A stretch of 40,068 nucleotides of DNA, taken from assembly GCA_013694495.1 (NCBI GenBank), contig JACDCH010000199.1, positions 1-40,068 of the forward strand. The letters are read 5' to 3'. The stretch's first letter is position 1. Each line of letters opens with the position of its first letter. This document shows, piece by piece, positions 6,264-15,659 of the stretch. Made by a program: the position numbers and the translations under genes. Origin of the DNA: Acidimicrobiia bacterium. GTDB lineage: Bacteria > Actinomycetota > Acidimicrobiia > Acidimicrobiales > JACDCH01. The notes below the pieces were generated by a model. That model did no database searches. It was not told where the DNA came from and saw only the letters and a list, made by a program, of their open reading frames with translations.

Positions 6264-9239
6264 GTGCTGCGGGTGAGGACCATCTACGCCTCGACGGCTG
6301 CGTCCGCCGCCCGCTACTACGCCGGCCCGGACCGGGGCTATGCCGGCTACGTCGACCCGGAAGGAACCCAGGAGGCGCCGGGGCGCTGGGTCGGCCGACA
6401 AGCCGCCGACCTCGGACTGACCGGCCCGGTCGCAGCCGTTGACCTCGAAGCGCTCCTGTCAGGCCGCGACCCGACGACCGGGACCACGCTCGGCGCGCCG
6501 TTCGTCGATCGGTTCACCAAGCACGGCACCCTCATCCAGGCAGTCGCTGGCTACGACGCCACCTTCTCGGCGCCGAAATCCGTGTCGGTGTGGTGGGGTC
6601 TCACCGGTGACCAGGGCGTGCTCGACGCCCACGACTCCGCTGTCGCCGCCGTCCTCGGCCACCTCGAGCGGTACGGCTGCACCACCCGAGTGCGCGTCGA
6701 CGGCACCCGCTCGTTCCCCGACGCCAACGGGCTGGCGATGGCCACCTTCCAGCAGTCCACTTCCCGCGAGGACGATCCCCAGCTGCACACCCACGCCGTC
6801 ATGTCCAGCAAGGTCCAGGCCCCGAACGGGCGGTGGTACGCGCTCGACGCCCACTACCTCAAGCACCACCAGCACGCCCTCGGCAACCTCTACCAGTCGG
6901 TGCTGCGCGCCGAGCTCACCCACCGCTACGGCGTCACCTGGGGGCCCATCGTCAACGGCCAAACCGAGATCACCCAGATCCCCGACGACCTTCTCGACCA
7001 GTTCTCCAAGCGCACCCGCCAGGTCGACGACCTGCGCACGATGCTCCTCGGTGCGTTCCGAGAACGAGAGGGCCGCGACCCGACCCGGCGAGAAGCCGCA
7101 GCCATCGAACGCGACGCAGCGCTCGATTCCCGTCCCAACAAGAGCGGGCTTCCGATCGACCAGGCCCGCGCCCGCTGGCTCGACGAAGCCGCCCAGCTCG
7201 GCTGGACCCCCGATCGACTCACCACCCAGCTCGTCCCGCGGGCAACCCTCGACCAGCCCACGCCAACCGTCGACGACATCCTCGACACGATCACCGCCCA
7301 CCGCTCCACCTGGCGGCGCGCCGACATCCTCGGCGCCATCGCCGCGACCACCCCGCCCCAGGCCCGCTTCGACGGCGCCACCTGGGCCCGGGCCCTCGAA
7401 CACGCCACCGACCAGGTCCTCGACACCCACGTCGACCTCGACCCCGCCACCACCGGCGCAGTCCGAGCATCCGACGGCCGCTCGATCTGGTTCGACCCCG
7501 ACCTCCCGCACCTGTCCCACAACCGGGTCCTGGCCCAGGAAGAGCGCATCCTCACCTGGGCCATCGCCGCCCACGACCCCGCCCCGTCCCCATCGGCCAC
7601 CACCGACACCACCGGACTCGACCCCCTCCAGGCCGACACCGCACGAGCCGCCGCCGGCCACGACCCGCTCGTCCTCGTCGTCGGCCCTGCCGGCACCGGC
7701 AAGACCACCACCCTCGGCACCGCCGGCGCTGACCTCGCTTACCAGCACCGGCCGGTGTTCGGGGTCGCCCCGACCGCCAAGGCCGCCCGTGTCCTCGAGG
7801 CAGAAACGGGGATCCCGGCCGACACGATCGCCAAGCTCCTCCACGAATGGGACCGGCCCGACGGCCCCGGCACCGCCCACCACCTCCCCGCAGGCACGAC
7901 CCTCATCGTCGACGAAGCCAGCATGGTCGGCACCAACACCCTCGACCGACTCGTCGGCCTCGCCCAGTCCCAGCACTGGCGACTGGTCCTCGTCGGCGAC
8001 CCCCGCCAACTCCAGGCCGTCGGGCGCGGCGGCATGTTCGATGAGCTCTGCCGCACCGGCCGACCCCACCACCTCCAACACGTCCACCGTTTCACCAACC
8101 GCTGGGAAGCCGACGCCACCCTCGCCCTCCGCGCCGGCCACCCCAGTGCCCTCGACGCCTACTTCGACCACCACCGAGTGCGCGCCGGCGACACCGACGC
8201 CCTCGTCGCCCGCATTGCCGAGGCCTGGGCCGGCGACCACAAGCACGACCGCACCATCGCCGTCACCGCCGAGACCAACGCCCACGTCGACGCGCTCAAC
8301 ACCGCGATCCAGGCCCACCGACGAAGCCTCGGCCACCTCGACCCCGACCATGCCGTGGCCATCGGCGGCGGCGAGACCGCCGGCCCCGGCGACCACGTCG
8401 TCACCCGGCGCAACGACCGCACCCTGCGGACCACCAGAGGCGAGCCCGTCCGCAACCGGGAACATTGGCGCATCGACACCGTCGAACCCGACGGCTCCCT
8501 CGCCCTGTCCCAGGCGCGAGGACACGACCGGGTCACCGTCCCCGCCGACTACGCCCGTCAGCACCTCCGCCTCGGCTACGCCGCCACCGCCCACGGCCAC
8601 CAAGGCGACACCGTCGACCGCAGCTACACCCTCATCACCCCCGGCACCAGCCACCGCGCCCTCTACGTCGGCGCCACCCGAGGCCGCCAGAGCAACCGGC
8701 TCCTCGTCGTCACCGACGAACCCGACCTCGACGCCGCCCGCGACACCCTCGAGCACGTCCTCACCAACGACCGCGCCGACATCCCCGCCGTCGCCCGCCG
8801 CCGAGAACTCGCCGAACATGCGCTCGCCGCGCCCCAGCCCGCCGCCGATCCGGTCGACGACGCCGAGCGCGCCGTCAGGCGAGCTATGGCCGCCTCCCGA
8901 CCATTCGAGACCGAGGTCGCCGAACGCCGCGCCAACCTCGACGCCGCCCGCTCCGAGCTACGAACGCTCGAAACCAGGCACCGCGACACGGGACCGATCG
9001 GCAAGCACCGACTCCGCACCCCGCTCGCCACCGCAGCTGACTCGGTCGCCCAGGCCCAGGACGCCTACGACCTCGCCGTCGAAGCAGCAGCACCGACACG
9101 GAACGCACAGCTCGACGCGACCCGACAGCGAGACAAGCTCCTCGACGCCCAGGCCACCCAGCGGGTCATCGAGCGCCTCGATGCCCTGCAGCATCAGCCG
9201 CGCTCGCGTCCTGGCCCAGAGCTCGGACTCGGGCTGTGA
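6264..9239 (+). CDS. mobF: MobF (TrwC-like) relaxase-helicase
   Basis: GTG start after AGGGAG; ARYYAG, YDATFSAPKSVS, SREDDPQLHTHAV (HUH), FSKR, GPAGTGKTT, IVDEASM, LVGDPRQL, GYAATAHGHQGDT, YVGATRG. Confidence 0.95.
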   Translation: MLRVRTIYASTAASAARYYAGPDRGYAGYVDPEGTQEAPGRWVGRQAADLGLTGPVAAVDLEALLSGRDPTTGTTLGAPFVDRFTKHGTLIQAVAGYDATFSAPKSVSVWWGLTGDQGVLDAHDSAVAAVLGHLERYGCTTRVRVDGTRSFPDANGLAMATFQQSTSREDDPQLHTHAVMSSKVQAPNGRWYALDAHYLKHHQHALGNLYQSVLRAELTHRYGVTWGPIVNGQTEITQIPDDLLDQFSKRTRQVDDLRTMLLGAFREREGRDPTRREAAAIERDAALDSRPNKSGLPIDQARARWLDEAAQLGWTPDRLTTQLVPRATLDQPTPTVDDILDTITAHRSTWRRADILGAIAATTPPQARFDGATWARALEHATDQVLDTHVDLDPATTGAVRASDGRSIWFDPDLPHLSHNRVLAQEERILTWAIAAHDPAPSPSATTDTTGLDPLQADTARAAAGHDPLVLVVGPAGTGKTTTLGTAGADLAYQHRPVFGVAPTAKAARVLEAETGIPADTIAKLLHEWDRPDGPGTAHHLPAGTTLIVDEASMVGTNTLDRLVGLAQSQHWRLVLVGDPRQLQAVGRGGMFDELCRTGRPHHLQHVHRFTNRWEADATLALRAGHPSALDAYFDHHRVRAGDTDALVARIAEAWAGDHKHDRTIAVTAETNAHVDALNTAIQAHRRSLGHLDPDHAVAIGGGETAGPGDHVVTRRNDRTLRTTRGEPVRNREHWRIDTVEPDGSLALSQARGHDRVTVPADYARQHLRLGYAATAHGHQGDTVDRSYTLITPGTSHRALYVGATRGRQSNRLLVVTDEPDLDAARDTLEHVLTNDRADIPAVARRRELAEHALAAPQPAADPVDDAERAVRRAMAASRPFETEVAERRANLDAARSELRTLETRHRDTGPIGKHRLRTPLATAADSVAQAQDAYDLAVEAAAPTRNAQLDATRQRDKLLDAQATQRVIERLDALQHQPRSRPGPELGLGL

Positions 9240-9250
9240 ACGGCCGACGC

Positions 9251-10399
9251 CTATGACCTCTCGTCGTCGAACGCGGCGAGCTTGGCGCTGCGGAGGTTGT
9301 CCTCGAACTCGCTCGGATCGAAAGCGGCCGGGTCGTAGTCCCGGCCCATCCACTCGCGCCGCTCCCGGTACTCGGGGTGGCGAGGGTCGGCCAGGATCGC
9401 GAGCAGGTCCTCGAAGCCACCGGTGCCGCCGCAGTCCTCGGGCGGACATGCCCGACGTCCGTCGACGCACGCTGGCACCACCATCACCGCGTCGACCGGG
9501 AAGACCTTCTCCACCTCGACGTCGTGGCGCCAGTTGTCGCCGAAGTCGTACCGGTAAAGGAAACGCGATCCCGGCCCGGCGATCGAGTCGAGCCGTGCGC
9601 CGGTCTCGTCGATGGTCGGGACACCCCAATCGTCACCGTCGGGATCCGGGATGCCGTAGTTCGAGCCGTCGATCTCGAAGTCGTGGAGGTGGTAGTCCCA
9701 CCACCCGAACGCCGCCTGGATCATCTCGTGGATGTGATCGAGCGTGCTCGACCCGTCGACCAGCACCCGGCGCCACACCGCAGGCTTCGTGTCCCGCAGC
9801 GTCACCTTCAGCTGGAAGACAGCGCCGTCAGACCTCGGCGCGGGCTCGGCGAGAACCGGAGACGGCACGGCGATCCCCGGTCGCATCGGGATCACCTCGG
9901 CAAGTGGCTCAGCCGAGCCGACGACGGCTGCCAGCGCCCGGTCGGGTGACGAGCCGAGGTTATGGAGTGGGCCGATGATCACGCGCGCCAGGTCGAGCGA
10001 CAGCTCGACGAGATCGGTCGCGCCCTCCTCGTGCCGGATCTCGGCCTGGAAGGTGAGCTCGTGCATCACCCCGACAACGCGACGGTCGTTCGTCGGCGCC
10101 AGCCGCACCTCCTGCATGGCACCACGTTCGGCCGAGAGGAACTCGTGCCCGGTGCCGTGCTGCCGGAGCACTGTCTCGATCGCCGCCGGCACCCGGTCGA
10201 GCAATGTCGAAGCCGGCGCCAGCTCGACGAGGACTGGCAGGAACGTCTGCTGGTTGACGAGCAGGGCCACTTGCGGACGCCAGAACAGCGCCGTGGCGAA
10301 CCAATCGCCGAGCTCGGTGGTGGAGTGGTCGTCCGGTCTCGCAGCCGGCGCCTTCTTCAGCCGGTCCCGCAGCTTCTTCGTTCCGCGCACCACGAGCAC
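9251..10399 (-). CDS. DUF6933-like N-terminal domain fused to plasmid pRiA4b ORF-3 domain
   Basis: MLVVRGTKKL...LGDWFAT N-terminus; VWRRVLV, IQAAFGWWDYHLHDF, YRYDFGDNWRH, GRRACPPEDCGG. Confidence 0.85.
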   Translation of the reverse strand: MLVVRGTKKLRDRLKKAPAARPDDHSTTELGDWFATALFWRPQVALLVNQQTFLPVLVELAPASTLLDRVPAAIETVLRQHGTGHEFLSAERGAMQEVRLAPTNDRRVVGVMHELTFQAEIRHEEGATDLVELSLDLARVIIGPLHNLGSSPDRALAAVVGSAEPLAEVIPMRPGIAVPSPVLAEPAPRSDGAVFQLKVTLRDTKPAVWRRVLVDGSSTLDHIHEMIQAAFGWWDYHLHDFEIDGSNYGIPDPDGDDWGVPTIDETGARLDSIAGPGSRFLYRYDFGDNWRHDVEVEKVFPVDAVMVVPACVDGRRACPPEDCGGTGGFEDLLAILADPRHPEYRERREWMGRDYDPAAFDPSEFEDNLRSAKLAAFDDERS

Positions 10400-10465
10400 G
10401 CATCGAGTGTCGCAGACCAGCTTCCAGTGCCACGGGTGACAGCGAGGCGAGGTCCTTGGGCGTCA

Positions 10466-11113
10466 TTACCCCGGCTGCCCGTGGCGGAACTCGATGAACG
10501 CCCGGATGGCCGTCTTCATGTTCGCCTGGACCCCTGAGGTCCAGTCCTCCCATTCGGAGCCGTCGGTCAGTGCTCGACGAAGGCGGCTCTTGTAGTCGGA
10601 GATCGGGCGCTCCTCGATCCCGCGCGAACTGCGGAGCCAATCGCCGAATCGCTCGATCTCGTCGTGCAGGACCGGTCGTAGGCGGTGGAGTTGGTCGAGA
10701 AGCTCGGGGAGCCCGGAGCCGGCCGAACGATCAACTCGCGGTCTTGGCGCTGACGCCCGCGCTGCGTTGCCGGCTGACTGGCCCGCGCGTTTGCCCAATC
10801 GCTCGTAGGCGGCCTCCACGCGCTTCTTCACTTCGGGCAAGGGGAGTGGAGCGAGTTCATCGCAGACTTCCTTGGTCATCCTCGCCGCGGCCGTGAGCTT
10901 CCCGTCGCCGAGGAGGGCGTCGACGTTCGCGAAGCGCATCGGGACCGACGTCACCGGACATCCGATCAGTTCGGCGAGATGCTCCTTGACGGCTTTCGGT
11001 TGGTTCGAGGTCCCCGTGAGCAGGTACATGCCGACGATCACGATGTCGTCGTCACGCGTCCACCGGTGGCGAGCGTTGGATTCGGCCATGCCGAGGAGGT
11101 CGTCGAAGTCCAC
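10466..11113 (-). CDS. Hypothetical two-domain DNA-binding protein
   Basis: N-part WTRDDDIVIVGMY...LAELIGCPVTSVPMRFAN resembles HNH-endonuclease N-terminal domains; C-part FGDWL...ISDYKSRLRR...KTAIRAFIEF resembles an integrase SAM-like domain. Confidence 0.6.
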   Translation of the reverse strand: MDFDDLLGMAESNARHRWTRDDDIVIVGMYLLTGTSNQPKAVKEHLAELIGCPVTSVPMRFANVDALLGDGKLTAAARMTKEVCDELAPLPLPEVKKRVEAAYERLGKRAGQSAGNAARASAPRPRVDRSAGSGLPELLDQLHRLRPVLHDEIERFGDWLRSSRGIEERPISDYKSRLRRALTDGSEWEDWTSGVQANMKTAIRAFIEFRHGQPG

Positions 11114-11174
11114 GTGTCCATTGTTACATGATTTTAGAGTTACACGTCAACTACCACCGAGCAGGAAAAATGCT

Positions 11175-11208
11175 TGTTCGCTGTTCTCGTGCACGAGAAC
11201 AGCGAACA
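11175..11208. promoter_or_regulatory. Perfect 34-bp palindrome, probable antitoxin operator
   Basis: TGTTCGCTGTTCTCGTG/CACGAGAACAGCGAACA, followed by TAGGGT (11215-11220) 6 nt before ATG 11227. Confidence 0.8.
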
Positions 11209-11226
11209 GTAAGGTAGGGTTGCGTC

Positions 11227-12255
11227 ATGGTCGGGACCCGCAGCGACACGGTTGAGGACCACGCGGTGGTCTCCCTCGTCCAGGCACTCGGCCGCTATGG
11301 CCTCGACGTCGCGACGCACGAGGAGGCCGATGAGCTAGTCATCGAGGTGGCGGGCTGTCGCCTGGCGGTCGAGGCGCGGTCGGTCGTGACCACTGCGGAG
11401 GCGACGGAGCTGGCGAAGCGGTGGCGTCGACGACCGACACCCGTCATCGTCGTCGCCGACCGCATCGCTGAGCCTGGCCGGGAGGTGCTCGCGGCAGCCG
11501 GCGTCAACTACTTCGACCGGCGCGGCCCGCTCCGCGTGATCGCCCCGCCGCTGATCATCGACGCCGACGTGCCCGCCCCTGGTGAGCGATCCGCACCGAA
11601 CCCACCGCTCTCCAGCCAGGTCGCGAAGGAGGTGGCGATCGCCTGCCTGCTGGCCCCAGACGAGGCGCACGGCGTCCGGGAGGTTGCGACGTTCCTTGAT
11701 CGAGCTCCGAGTGCGGTGTCCAAGGCGATGGCCGAGCTGCGCAGTGAAGGGCTCCTCACCTCGCGCAATGAGCCGCTCGTTCCCGATCTGTTCCACGAGC
11801 TGGTCAGCGTCTGGCGGGTCCGTCGCTACCCCTTGCGGGAGGAGCCGTCCACGTTGGCCACGAACAACCCGCTTGCCGGGGATCTCGGCCTCGCTGACCC
11901 AGCGGAGAGACCAGGGTGGGCCATGACCGACACGGTCGCCGCCGGTGCGCTCGGGATGCCGGTTGTCGCCCGCGGTGACTACCCCCCTGACTTCTACGTC
12001 CCGTCCCAGGCAGCGCTCGACCGGGCCCGACGCATCCTCGTCGATGCAGCTCCCAGCGAGAGCCGGGCATGCACGGTCGCCGTCGCTCCCGTGCGCGTCG
12101 CGTGCCTCCGTCGCTCCGTCCCACCCACCGGAGCGCGTACACCGTGGCCACTCGCCAACCACATCGTCGTCGCTCTCGACATCGCTCAAGACAAAGCGCG
12201 CGGGCTCGAGATCCTCGATGGCTGGAACCCGACCGAGGTGAGCCGTGCCTGGTGA
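11227..12255 (+). CDS. AbiEi-like antitoxin / transcriptional regulator (type IV TA)
   Basis: PVIVVADRI...GVNYFDRRG N-domain; central wHTH GVREVATFLDRAPSAVSKAMAELRSEGLL; C-term ANHIVVALDI..DKARGLEIL; overlaps downstream NTase. Confidence 0.72.
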   Translation: MVGTRSDTVEDHAVVSLVQALGRYGLDVATHEEADELVIEVAGCRLAVEARSVVTTAEATELAKRWRRRPTPVIVVADRIAEPGREVLAAAGVNYFDRRGPLRVIAPPLIIDADVPAPGERSAPNPPLSSQVAKEVAIACLLAPDEAHGVREVATFLDRAPSAVSKAMAELRSEGLLTSRNEPLVPDLFHELVSVWRVRRYPLREEPSTLATNNPLAGDLGLADPAERPGWAMTDTVAAGALGMPVVARGDYPPDFYVPSQAALDRARRILVDAAPSESRACTVAVAPVRVACLRRSVPPTGARTPWPLANHIVVALDIAQDKARGLEILDGWNPTEVSRAW

Positions 12256-13018
12256 CCACGTCGAGCTCGTCGCGGACAGCGGCGGCCGCATCGCCGCGTT
12301 CGTTGACGCCGTTGCACGGTTCCCAAACGAGCCCGCCTGGGCGCTCGTCGGCGGCTTCGCGGTCAACGTTCGTATCGAACGAGTCCATCGCCTGACCAAC
12401 GACATCGACACCATTTCCCGCGACCAGACCCAGCTCGTCGAACTGCTGGTCGCCGAACCCGACGCCGAAAGGCTCGACGCGGCCAAGCTCCGCTTCACCG
12501 CCGGCGGCCTGCCCGTCGACATCGACGTTATGGCCGACACCGAAGGGCTTCCCCTTCCGGTCGAGCTGGGCGAGCGGGTCTTCGCCCTCGCCCGGCGGGC
12601 CGTGCTTCCTCGCGCTTGCCTCACCGAACTGGTAGTGCTCGACGGCGGTACGACTGTCGCCCGAGCCACGGTCCCGGTGGCGTCGACCGCCGGCCTGGTG
12701 CTGCTCAAGACGGTGGCCATCCCGCGCCGGTCAGCCAGCAACAACCCGCAGAAGGTGGGTTCGGACATCCACGATCTCGCCCGCCTCGTCGGCGGCCAGG
12801 ACCTCGCTGCCCTCGCCGCTGAGATCCGCGATACCGGCGACGAGCTGTCGAGCTGGATCGGCTCGACACTGGTCAAGTGGTTCTCACCCGACCACGACCT
12901 TCGCTACACCTACGCCCGCCTTCGCCGGCTGTCTCGTTCGCCGGACACGGACAGTCTCATCGAGTCGGACCTTGAGGTGCTCGCGCTACTCGGCGAACTG
13001 GTGCTGGCCGAGCAATGA
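12245..13018 (+). CDS. AbiEii-like nucleotidyltransferase toxin
   Basis: WALVGGFAV...RLTNDID (GG...DxD), IDVM, LVLLK, KVGSDIHDL. Confidence 0.78.
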   Translation: MPGDHVELVADSGGRIAAFVDAVARFPNEPAWALVGGFAVNVRIERVHRLTNDIDTISRDQTQLVELLVAEPDAERLDAAKLRFTAGGLPVDIDVMADTEGLPLPVELGERVFALARRAVLPRACLTELVVLDGGTTVARATVPVASTAGLVLLKTVAIPRRSASNNPQKVGSDIHDLARLVGGQDLAALAAEIRDTGDELSSWIGSTLVKWFSPDHDLRYTYARLRRLSRSPDTDSLIESDLEVLALLGELVLAEQ

Positions 13019-13165
13019 AGGGCGTACCGCAGCTCGCCTCCTCCGTCCGTTCGGCAGTTCCCGTCACGGCCCCGGCATACATCGCCTGGTCAGGCGGCCC
13101 GCGGCCGACGGCCACCGTACGCTGCGGCCACGACGCTGAGGGCAAGAAGTGAAGGGACCGGGCAC

Positions 13166-14743
13166 GTGATCACCGGAGAGCTGAAGACGCGAATCGACGC
13201 CGTGTGGAACGACTTCTGGTCGGGCGGCATCTCGAACCCGCTCGAGGTCATGGAGCAGCTGACCGTCCTGCTCTTCATCAAGGGCCTCGACGAGGCGCAC
13301 ACCAAGGCTGAGCGCAAGGCCAACCGAACCGGCGAGCCGATCGAGGACCCGATCTTCGGTGACGGCGACTTCGTGCCGGAGGGCGCGGCGCAGGGACGCC
13401 CATACAGCGACTTGCGCTGGGACCGGTTGAAGCACTTCGCCCCGGCCGACATGTACGAGGTCGTCAGCAGGTACGTCTTCCCGTTCATCCAGCAACGGTC
13501 TGCCGCCAGCACTCATGGCAAGCACATGCAGGGCGCCCGGTTCACCATCCCCACGCCGGCGCTGCTCCAGAAGGCAGTCGACGGGCTCGACGGCATCCCT
13601 ATGGAGAACCGGGATACCAAGGGCGACATCTACGAGTACATGCTCGGCAAGATCGCGACCGCCGGCCAGAACGGCCAGTTCCGCACGCCACGCCACATCA
13701 TCCAGCTCATGGTCGAGATGATGGCCCCGACCGCCAACGACACAATCTGCGACCCGGCATGCGGCACCTGCGGGTTCCTCGTCGCCGCGAGCCAGTACTT
13801 GCGGAACAACGTCGAGGACCTGTTCTCCAACCCGACGACGGCGAAGCACTTCCACGGCGCTGCATTCCACGGGTACGACTTCGACAACACGATGCTGCGC
13901 ATCGGGTCGATGAACATGCAGCTTCACGGTGTCGACAACCCGTCCATCACCTACAAGGACTCGCTGTCCGAAGAGCACGCCGGCGACATCGAGGCCTACT
14001 CGCTTGTCCTCGCCAACCCGCCGTTCGCCGGCAGCCTCGACTACGAGGCCACGGCCAAAGATCTGCTCCAGGTCGTCAAGACCAAGAAGACCGAGCTGCT
14101 GTTCCTCGCGCTGTTCCTCCGGCTCCTCAAGCCAGGTGGCCGGGCTGCGGTGATCGTCCCCGACGGCGTGCTGTTCGGTTCGACCACGGCGCACAAGGAA
14201 CTGCGCCGCATCCTCGTCGAGGACCAGAAGCTCGACGGCGTCGTTTCGCTGCCCTCCGGTGTGTTCAAGCCCTACGCCGGCGTGTCGACCGCCATCCTGT
14301 TGTTCACCAAGACCAACTCCGGCGGCACCGACCACGTCTGGTTCTACGACCTCCAAGCCGATGGCTACAGCCTCGACGACAAGCGCACGCCGTTGCTCGG
14401 CGCCGAGAAGCTCGGCGCTCTGGCAACCCTCACCGACGCCGAGCACGCCAAGAACAACCTCCCGGACGCCCTCGCCCATTGGCGGGAGCGCGACGACGGC
14501 CACGAGGTCCAGCGGGAACGAACCGCACAGTCGTTCTGCGTGGCCAAGGCCGACATCGCCACGAACGGCTACGACCTGTCGATCAATCGGTACAAGGAGA
14601 TCGTCCACGATGAGATCGAGCACCCGGCCCCGGGCGAGATCCTTGCGGAGCTAGCTCAGCTGGAGGAGGAGATCCAGCGACGACTCGCCGAGGTCGCGGA
14701 GATGCTCGACCCTGCCGCGGAGGCCGGAAGTCGTGAGAGGTGA
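13166..14743 (+). CDS. hsdM: Type I restriction-modification methyltransferase subunit
   Basis: GQFRTPRHII, DPACGTCGFL (motif I), LANPPF (m6A motif IV), GRAAVIVPDGVLFG, YDLSINRY. Confidence 0.97.
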   Translation: MITGELKTRIDAVWNDFWSGGISNPLEVMEQLTVLLFIKGLDEAHTKAERKANRTGEPIEDPIFGDGDFVPEGAAQGRPYSDLRWDRLKHFAPADMYEVVSRYVFPFIQQRSAASTHGKHMQGARFTIPTPALLQKAVDGLDGIPMENRDTKGDIYEYMLGKIATAGQNGQFRTPRHIIQLMVEMMAPTANDTICDPACGTCGFLVAASQYLRNNVEDLFSNPTTAKHFHGAAFHGYDFDNTMLRIGSMNMQLHGVDNPSITYKDSLSEEHAGDIEAYSLVLANPPFAGSLDYEATAKDLLQVVKTKKTELLFLALFLRLLKPGGRAAVIVPDGVLFGSTTAHKELRRILVEDQKLDGVVSLPSGVFKPYAGVSTAILLFTKTNSGGTDHVWFYDLQADGYSLDDKRTPLLGAEKLGALATLTDAEHAKNNLPDALAHWRERDDGHEVQRERTAQSFCVAKADIATNGYDLSINRYKEIVHDEIEHPAPGEILAELAQLEEEIQRRLAEVAEMLDPAAEAGSRER

Positions 14744-15659
14744 ACTGCGGCTTGTGATCGACCGCCTCGTGCGGGAGGTCTGGCTTCCCATCGTTGAACG
14801 ACACGACGAGAAGGCACAGGTTGCAGGTGACCTGTTCGCAGCAACGTGTGAACGCATGATTGACCGGTACGACCCGGAGCATCCCGACGGTCCACCGGAG
14901 AAGCCGCTCGAGCTTCGGGCGGCGGAGGCTTCGTCTGACTACGAGCTCGCAGTCTTGGAACTCGAATCCATCGGCCCTGATGACTTCGAGAGCGAGGCGG
15001 ACGTTGCGGACCTCGCCGGGTCAGCGTTTGAAGTTCTCGACGAGTACGAGGACGAATCGGCCAGCTCCGACATGAAGTCGCTCCTCAAGGACTTCCTGGA
15101 GCGTTACAGCCTGCGGTACTACGTCGACTCAAGCGGTCGGTTACGTGGAACCCTTCCAGGCCTCACGACATCCGGGTACTTCGAGCTCCGGAAGATCTGC
15201 GTCACAGACGCGGCGCTGCGGTCGCTCCTCGAGGACTTCGAGCAGGCCCTAGCCGAGGCGATCGACGACCCGTCGGAGGTTCGAGTAAAGACCACGCTGA
15301 GCAAGCTCTTCATGCTCATCGAGGGAGTCGCTTCGAAGCATCCGGACATAAGAACTGAGGACGAGCGGACCCTCGGGCGCCTGTGCCAGCGGATCGGCTC
15401 ATGGCCCCACTCGTCGGTACAACACTCGGCTGAAGCTCTCTATCGGTTCGCCTGTGACTATCCAGGGATTCGACACGCGGGAAACCCCACCAATGCCAAG
15501 AGACCGGTGACAGCGACCGACCTGGTGGCGATCTGTTCGATCTTGACGGGGTTCACGTCCTACTTCGTTCCCGAGTTTCCCGAAGGTGTAGGTCTTCGGA
15601 TGCATCGCCGAACGCGCTTGACCGCAGAGGCGCACGTAGGAGCCGAAACGAGGTGGTGA
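14733..15659 (+). CDS. Hypothetical protein with HEPN/AbiJ-like C-terminus, between hsdM and hsdS
   Basis: Overlaps both neighbours; acidic N-half; C-terminal LIEGVA...TLGRL...LYRFACDYPGIRHAG. Confidence 0.65.
   Translation: MRGELRLVIDRLVREVWLPIVERHDEKAQVAGDLFAATCERMIDRYDPEHPDGPPEKPLELRAAEASSDYELAVLELESIGPDDFESEADVADLAGSAFEVLDEYEDESASSDMKSLLKDFLERYSLRYYVDSSGRLRGTLPGLTTSGYFELRKICVTDAALRSLLEDFEQALAEAIDDPSEVRVKTTLSKLFMLIEGVASKHPDIRTEDERTLGRLCQRIGSWPHSSVQHSAEALYRFACDYPGIRHAGNPTNAKRPVTATDLVAICSILTGFTSYFVPEFPEGVGLRMHRRTRLTAEAHVGAETRW

Noticed and set aside
6439-9978. Very long alternative ORFs over the relaxase (1179 aa plus, 786 aa minus)
   Set aside because: Pro/Ser/Thr- or Gly/Val-rich shadow frames caused by GC-rich codon bias; the MobF frame has all the motifs.
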